DNA of 31,251 nt, taken from positions 1 to 31,251 of the forward strand of contig CAXGSZ010000001.1 in assembly GCA_964012455.1 (NCBI GenBank). The letters run 5' to 3'. The position numbers and the translations under genes are program-made. Shown in pieces: positions 27,711 through 31,251 of the stretch. This DNA is from an uncultured Alphaproteobacteria bacterium. Lineage in GTDB: Bacteria > Pseudomonadota > Alphaproteobacteria > UBA8366. How positions within the stretch are numbered: the stretch's first letter is position 1; the number at the start of each line of letters is the position of its first letter. The notes under the pieces were generated by a model. That model was given only the letters and a program-made list of their open reading frames with translations. It had not been told where the DNA came from and searched no databases.

Positions 27711-27770
27711 CCGACCTTTTAGCCAATTGTTTTACGTGGCCGCAAGCCGGTCGGGCCAAATCACCACGTG
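27711..27770 (-). ncRNA. SAM-II (SAM_alpha-type) riboswitch aptamer upstream of metZ
   Basis: Minus strand: CACGTGGTGATTTGGCCCGACCGGCTTGCGGCCACGTAAAACAATTGGCTAAAAGGTCGG. P1 is ACGTGG/CCACGT; the pseudoknot is CCGACC/GGTCGG; conserved TGATTT and GCTAAA segments are present. Location before a methionine-synthesis gene matches the known class. Confidence 0.9.
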
Positions 27771-27775
27771 AAATT

Positions 27776-27804
27776 TCTTTACAGGGCCAGCAGATACGAG
27801 TCAA
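27776..27804 (-). promoter_or_regulatory. Candidate sigma70 promoter for the riboswitch-metZ transcript
   Basis: TTGACT (27804-27799), 17-bp spacer, TAAAGA (27781-27776). The predicted start falls at about 27770, the first base of the aptamer. Confidence 0.5.
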
Positions 27805-27883
27805 CGTGGTGTAGCCTCGCTGTAGGCGGGGCGCCTGCTAGGTCAATTTTTGAGATCGGTGTGTTGTTTCGAAAGGGACGAGA

Positions 27884-28996
27884 ATGAAAATCGATGACGT
27901 GACGCTGACGTTATTTGCCTGGGACGATATTCCAGCGACGATTTATGGAGGGCATACGGGCGAGTTCAAGGGGCGCTCGCATTTGGGCCTTCTCACTCTC
28001 AAGACCGACGAAGGTGTCGAAGGACATGCGTTTCTTGGGTCGGCCAGCCGAACTGCTGAACACGATGCCGGTTCACTCATACGCCATCTGAAGCCGACCG
28101 TGATGGGGCAAAATCCGCTAGATCGCGAACGGCTGTGGCAAGGCCTTTGGCAGAGTTATCGTTCCACCACTATGCGGGCAATTGGTGCGGTAGATGTAGC
28201 GCTCTGGGATATTGCGGGAAAGGTCGCGAGATTACCCGTCCATCAATTATTGGGTTCCTATCGATCGAGTGTGCCAGCTTACGCCAGCTCGCCCGTGCAT
28301 CAGACTTCGGAAGCCTATGTTGAGGAGGCGCTTGGTTTAAAGGATCGTGGATGGTTGGCCTATAAAATTCACCCGCCGACGCAGTGGGAGTTTGATATAG
28401 AGGTCTGTAAGGCGGTTCGAGAGGCTGTCGGTGATGACTATCGCGTTATGCTCGACTCGACCTGGTCCTATCGGTACGAGGAAGCGTTGCGTGTCGGTCT
28501 CGCGATCCAAGATCTGGGCTTCTATTGGTACGAGGATCCGTTGGCCGACGACGATATCCTGAACTACGTCAAACTGCGGCAAAAGCTCGATATTCCGATA
28601 ATGGCGACCGAGTATGCCCCGGGCGGGCATCCCGCTTCTTATGCACCGTGGATTGCTGAGCAAGCAACGGATTTCCTGCGGGGAGACGTGGCGGTGAAGG
28701 GGGGTATTACATCATGCCTCAAAACCGCGCACCTCGCGGAAGGGTTTCGCATGAATTACGAGGTCCATCACGGTGGGAATTCACACAACAATTTCGCCAA
28801 CATGCACCTCATTATGGGAATTAAAAACTGCGAGTACTTCGAAGTCCTCCTGCCGGATGCGTCGCAAAAATACGGTGTGATTAATGAAATCGAAGTCGAC
28901 GCCGACGGATTGGTACACGCACCAATGACGCCAGGCATCGGCGCCGAAATCGACTTCGAATTGATTACTGCGAAAAAGACGGATGTGCTGAGCTAA
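27884..28996 (+). CDS. Enolase superfamily, mandelate racemase subgroup enzyme (substrate unknown)
   Basis: 370 aa; GAVDVALWDIAGK, metal ligands in MLD, WYEDP and ATE, His in EVHH, PGIGAEID. Confidence 0.87.
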   Translation: MKIDDVTLTLFAWDDIPATIYGGHTGEFKGRSHLGLLTLKTDEGVEGHAFLGSASRTAEHDAGSLIRHLKPTVMGQNPLDRERLWQGLWQSYRSTTMRAIGAVDVALWDIAGKVARLPVHQLLGSYRSSVPAYASSPVHQTSEAYVEEALGLKDRGWLAYKIHPPTQWEFDIEVCKAVREAVGDDYRVMLDSTWSYRYEEALRVGLAIQDLGFYWYEDPLADDDILNYVKLRQKLDIPIMATEYAPGGHPASYAPWIAEQATDFLRGDVAVKGGITSCLKTAHLAEGFRMNYEVHHGGNSHNNFANMHLIMGIKNCEYFEVLLPDASQKYGVINEIEVDADGLVHAPMTPGIGAEIDFELITAKKTDVLS

Positions 28997-29910
28997 GTGC
29001 CCTTCGCGTTTTTGGCACGAATGGCGTCGCACTTGTCGATGACGCGTTGCGCGCGCAAGACGACCGGGACATCGATCATCTTGCCTTCGAGTTCGAAGGA
29101 ACCACGTCCGACGGCCTCGTTTTTGTCCCAGGCGTCAACGATGCGCCGTGCCAAGTCTTCGTCTTTTTCGTCGGGTGTGAAGCCTTCGTTCAGCATTGGC
29201 ACGATGGCCGGATGGATGCAGGAGGCCCCTTCGAATCCGAACCGCGCAGATTTTTGGACCATGTCCCGATAGGCGTCATGGTCAGAATAATCAGCGACGG
29301 TACCGATGATACCATATGGGAGGACGCCAGCCGCGCGTGCCGCGATGACGGCATGCTGTTTCGGATAAAGCATGGTTTCGGGTGTTGGTTCCATGTGAAG
29401 CGAAAGCGCAAAGTCCTCGCCACCGAGGCTCAATGCGACGACACGCGGATGGGCGGAGCCGATTTCCTTCAACTCGAAGAATGCCTCGGCAGTCTCGACC
29501 ATCGCTAAAAACTTGGTGTGACCGACCTCCATTCCGCGTTCTTCTTCCAACTCCTCCACCATCTCGGCGAGCAGTCTTACATGGCCGGCGCTGTTACATT
29601 TCGGTAGCGCCAAGGCTGCGATGCGCGGCGAGATGCAGGCCTCAATATCCGGTACCGCATGGCGAAGCGGTTGATTAATTCGCACGACGACGTCCGCGCC
29701 AGTCTGCGAGACTGTCTCCGCTGCTTCCTGGACCAGTTTGCGCGCTTGTCTCTTCTGAGAGTCGGGAACGCTATCTTCTAGGTCGAGCTGGATGGCGTCA
29801 GCCCCTCTAGTATGTGCCTTGTCGACGTATTTAGGCACATTAGTTGGGACATAGAGAAGGGATCGCCAGTAAGGTAGGTCAGCACGTCGTGCCGTGTCGC
29901 GGAGGGGCAT
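28993..29910 (-). CDS. CitE-like acyl-CoA lyase (HpcH/HpaI aldolase / citrate lyase beta family)
   Basis: 305 aa; RSLLYVP, LDLEDSV, VRIN, LPK, ETA, LGGEDF, GASCIHP, GKMIDVP. Confidence 0.88.
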   Translation of the reverse strand: MPLRDTARRADLPYWRSLLYVPTNVPKYVDKAHTRGADAIQLDLEDSVPDSQKRQARKLVQEAAETVSQTGADVVVRINQPLRHAVPDIEACISPRIAALALPKCNSAGHVRLLAEMVEELEEERGMEVGHTKFLAMVETAEAFFELKEIGSAHPRVVALSLGGEDFALSLHMEPTPETMLYPKQHAVIAARAAGVLPYGIIGTVADYSDHDAYRDMVQKSARFGFEGASCIHPAIVPMLNEGFTPDEKDEDLARRIVDAWDKNEAVGRGSFELEGKMIDVPVVLRAQRVIDKCDAIRAKNAKGT

Positions 29911-29921
29911 GATGGAAACTC

Positions 29922-31139
29922 CTAAATGATGCCGCGTGATCGAAGGTCGGCAAGGTTATCTGCATCGACGCCAGCCGCGCCGAGGATCTCATCGTTATCC
30001 TGGCCAAGATCGGGTGCTGCCCGGCGAAATGTACCTGGAGTGCCGGACAGTTTTGGGAAAATGTTGTGCATGGGGATAACGCCCATTTCTTCGTCGGGGA
30101 GGCCGACAATAATTTCGCGCTCCTGGAAATGGGGGTCGTCCACGATTTGCGAGATGTCATAGATCGGTCCGCCGGTGATACCTTCACGCCGGAACACTTC
30201 GAGAACCTCCTCCAATGTGCGTTCGCCGATCCATCCGCCGACAATTTCGTCTACCTCCTCACGGTTGGCGACACGATCGGCATTTGTCTTGAACTTCGGA
30301 TCATTGTTCATGTCATCTCGGCCAATCACCCGGAAAAGTCGCTCTGCCATTGTCTGAATTGAACCTGATAGTGCGACATATCCGCCATCGCTTGTGCCAT
30401 AGGCGTTGCGAGGAGAGGTCGTGTTAGAACCGCTGCCGGCACGGACCGGTACTTGTCCTGTTACCTTAAAGGAAGCGGCTTGGGGTCCCAAGATGGAAAA
30501 TATCGGTTCCAGTAAAGAGAGATCGATCACCTGCCCTTTGCCGCCATTCACTTCCTTCTCTCGAAGCGCGATCATCACCGCCATTGCGCCGTAAAGTCCG
30601 GCAATCATATCGGCAAGTGCGAGCGGCGGGAGGACGGGTACCCGGTCAGCGAATCCGTTCATTGCCGCAAAACCGGACATCGCTTCGACGACGGTGCCGA
30701 AGCCGCCCTGGCTGCTGTAAGGGCCTGTCTGCCCAAAGCCGGTGACCCGGGCGATAACGAGCTCCGGATTATGTTCCAGCAAAACATCGGGTCCAATGCC
30801 CATCTCTTCAATTCGGCCGGGCTTCATGTTCTCCACGAAGACATCAGCGGTCTCAACCAGCTTTAGTAGCAATTTCAGACCTTCACGTTCACGGAAGTTA
30901 AGCGAGACGCTTTTTTTATTTCGGCCGTAGACTTTCCAGTTCGTCTGAATCCCGTTTGCGTTCCATGCACGAAGCGGATCGCCTTTGGGGAGCATTTCAA
31001 GTTTGATTACTTCCGCGCCAAAGTCAGCGAGTTGAAGGGTCAGCATGTTGCCGGCGACCAACCGCGTCATGTCTAGGACCCTGATTCCATTCAACGGGCC
31101 TGCTGCACCGGGATCGAAATCTTTACGTCGGAATTCCAT
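29922..31139 (-). CDS. Family III CoA-transferase (CaiB/BaiF)
   Basis: Start moved to ATG 31139 (405 aa); LADFGAEVIKLE, RNKKSVSL, ENMKPG, TGFGQTGPY, conserved Asp in LADMIAG, APDLGQDN. Confidence 0.9.
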   Translation of the reverse strand: MEFRRKDFDPGAAGPLNGIRVLDMTRLVAGNMLTLQLADFGAEVIKLEMLPKGDPLRAWNANGIQTNWKVYGRNKKSVSLNFREREGLKLLLKLVETADVFVENMKPGRIEEMGIGPDVLLEHNPELVIARVTGFGQTGPYSSQGGFGTVVEAMSGFAAMNGFADRVPVLPPLALADMIAGLYGAMAVMIALREKEVNGGKGQVIDLSLLEPIFSILGPQAASFKVTGQVPVRAGSGSNTTSPRNAYGTSDGGYVALSGSIQTMAERLFRVIGRDDMNNDPKFKTNADRVANREEVDEIVGGWIGERTLEEVLEVFRREGITGGPIYDISQIVDDPHFQEREIIVGLPDEEMGVIPMHNIFPKLSGTPGTFRRAAPDLGQDNDEILGAAGVDADNLADLRSRGII

Positions 31140-31251
31140 CTTCGCCGCTCGGTTTGGGAGAATATCACAGCAATGTAATTGTGCGTGCTCTGGCGACAAT
31201 GCGGTGCGCCTGTGTCCATGAAAGCCAATGGAGAATGAAAGAATAGACAAA

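Noticed and set aside
19775-28996. 4-nt overlaps of convergent stop codons (19775-19778 and 28993-28996)
   Set aside because: Ordinary feature of compact bacterial genomes.
31228-31251. Possible start of a divergent plus-strand gene (ATG GAG AAT GAA AGA ATA GAC AAA) at the right edge
   Set aside because: Only eight codons are visible and there is no clear SD; cannot be supported within this window.
1-31251. Mobile elements, prophage, CRISPR, defence systems, rRNA and tRNA
   Set aside because: I saw no integrase, transposase, nuclease, regularly spaced repeat array or structural RNA gene. The SRAP gene alone does not indicate a prophage.

Overview
This is a gene-dense chromosomal window that looks alphaproteobacterial. 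The basis is the AapJQMP, PimCD, DUF2336 and SDR-folB gene content plus a SAM-II/SAM_alpha riboswitch; a Rhodospirillales-like origin is only an inference. It holds about 29 intact or edge-truncated CDSs, mostly metabolic: a general L-amino-acid ABC transporter, acyl-CoA and organic-acid enzymes, prfC, folB and metZ. I found no rRNA, tRNA, CRISPR array, integrase, transposase or phage genes. Three features are not evident from the ORF track: (1) a DUF2336 gene running off the left edge on the minus strand; (2) an 85-codon decayed citrate/methylcitrate-synthase remnant at 7687-7941; (3) a SAM-II riboswitch with a candidate promoter and expression platform upstream of metZ. The best candidates for undescribed biology are a translationally coupled SRAP/HMCES-glutamine amidotransferase-CMD operon and, divergent from it, a prpD / dihydroxyphthalate-decarboxylase-like / non-canonical CinA operon. 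Their functional links are inference only, and I cannot claim a clear novel system from this sequence. Many start codons were moved from the ORF-track starts to the ATG next to a Shine-Dalgarno site. All family assignments come from motif recognition by eye, not database searches.
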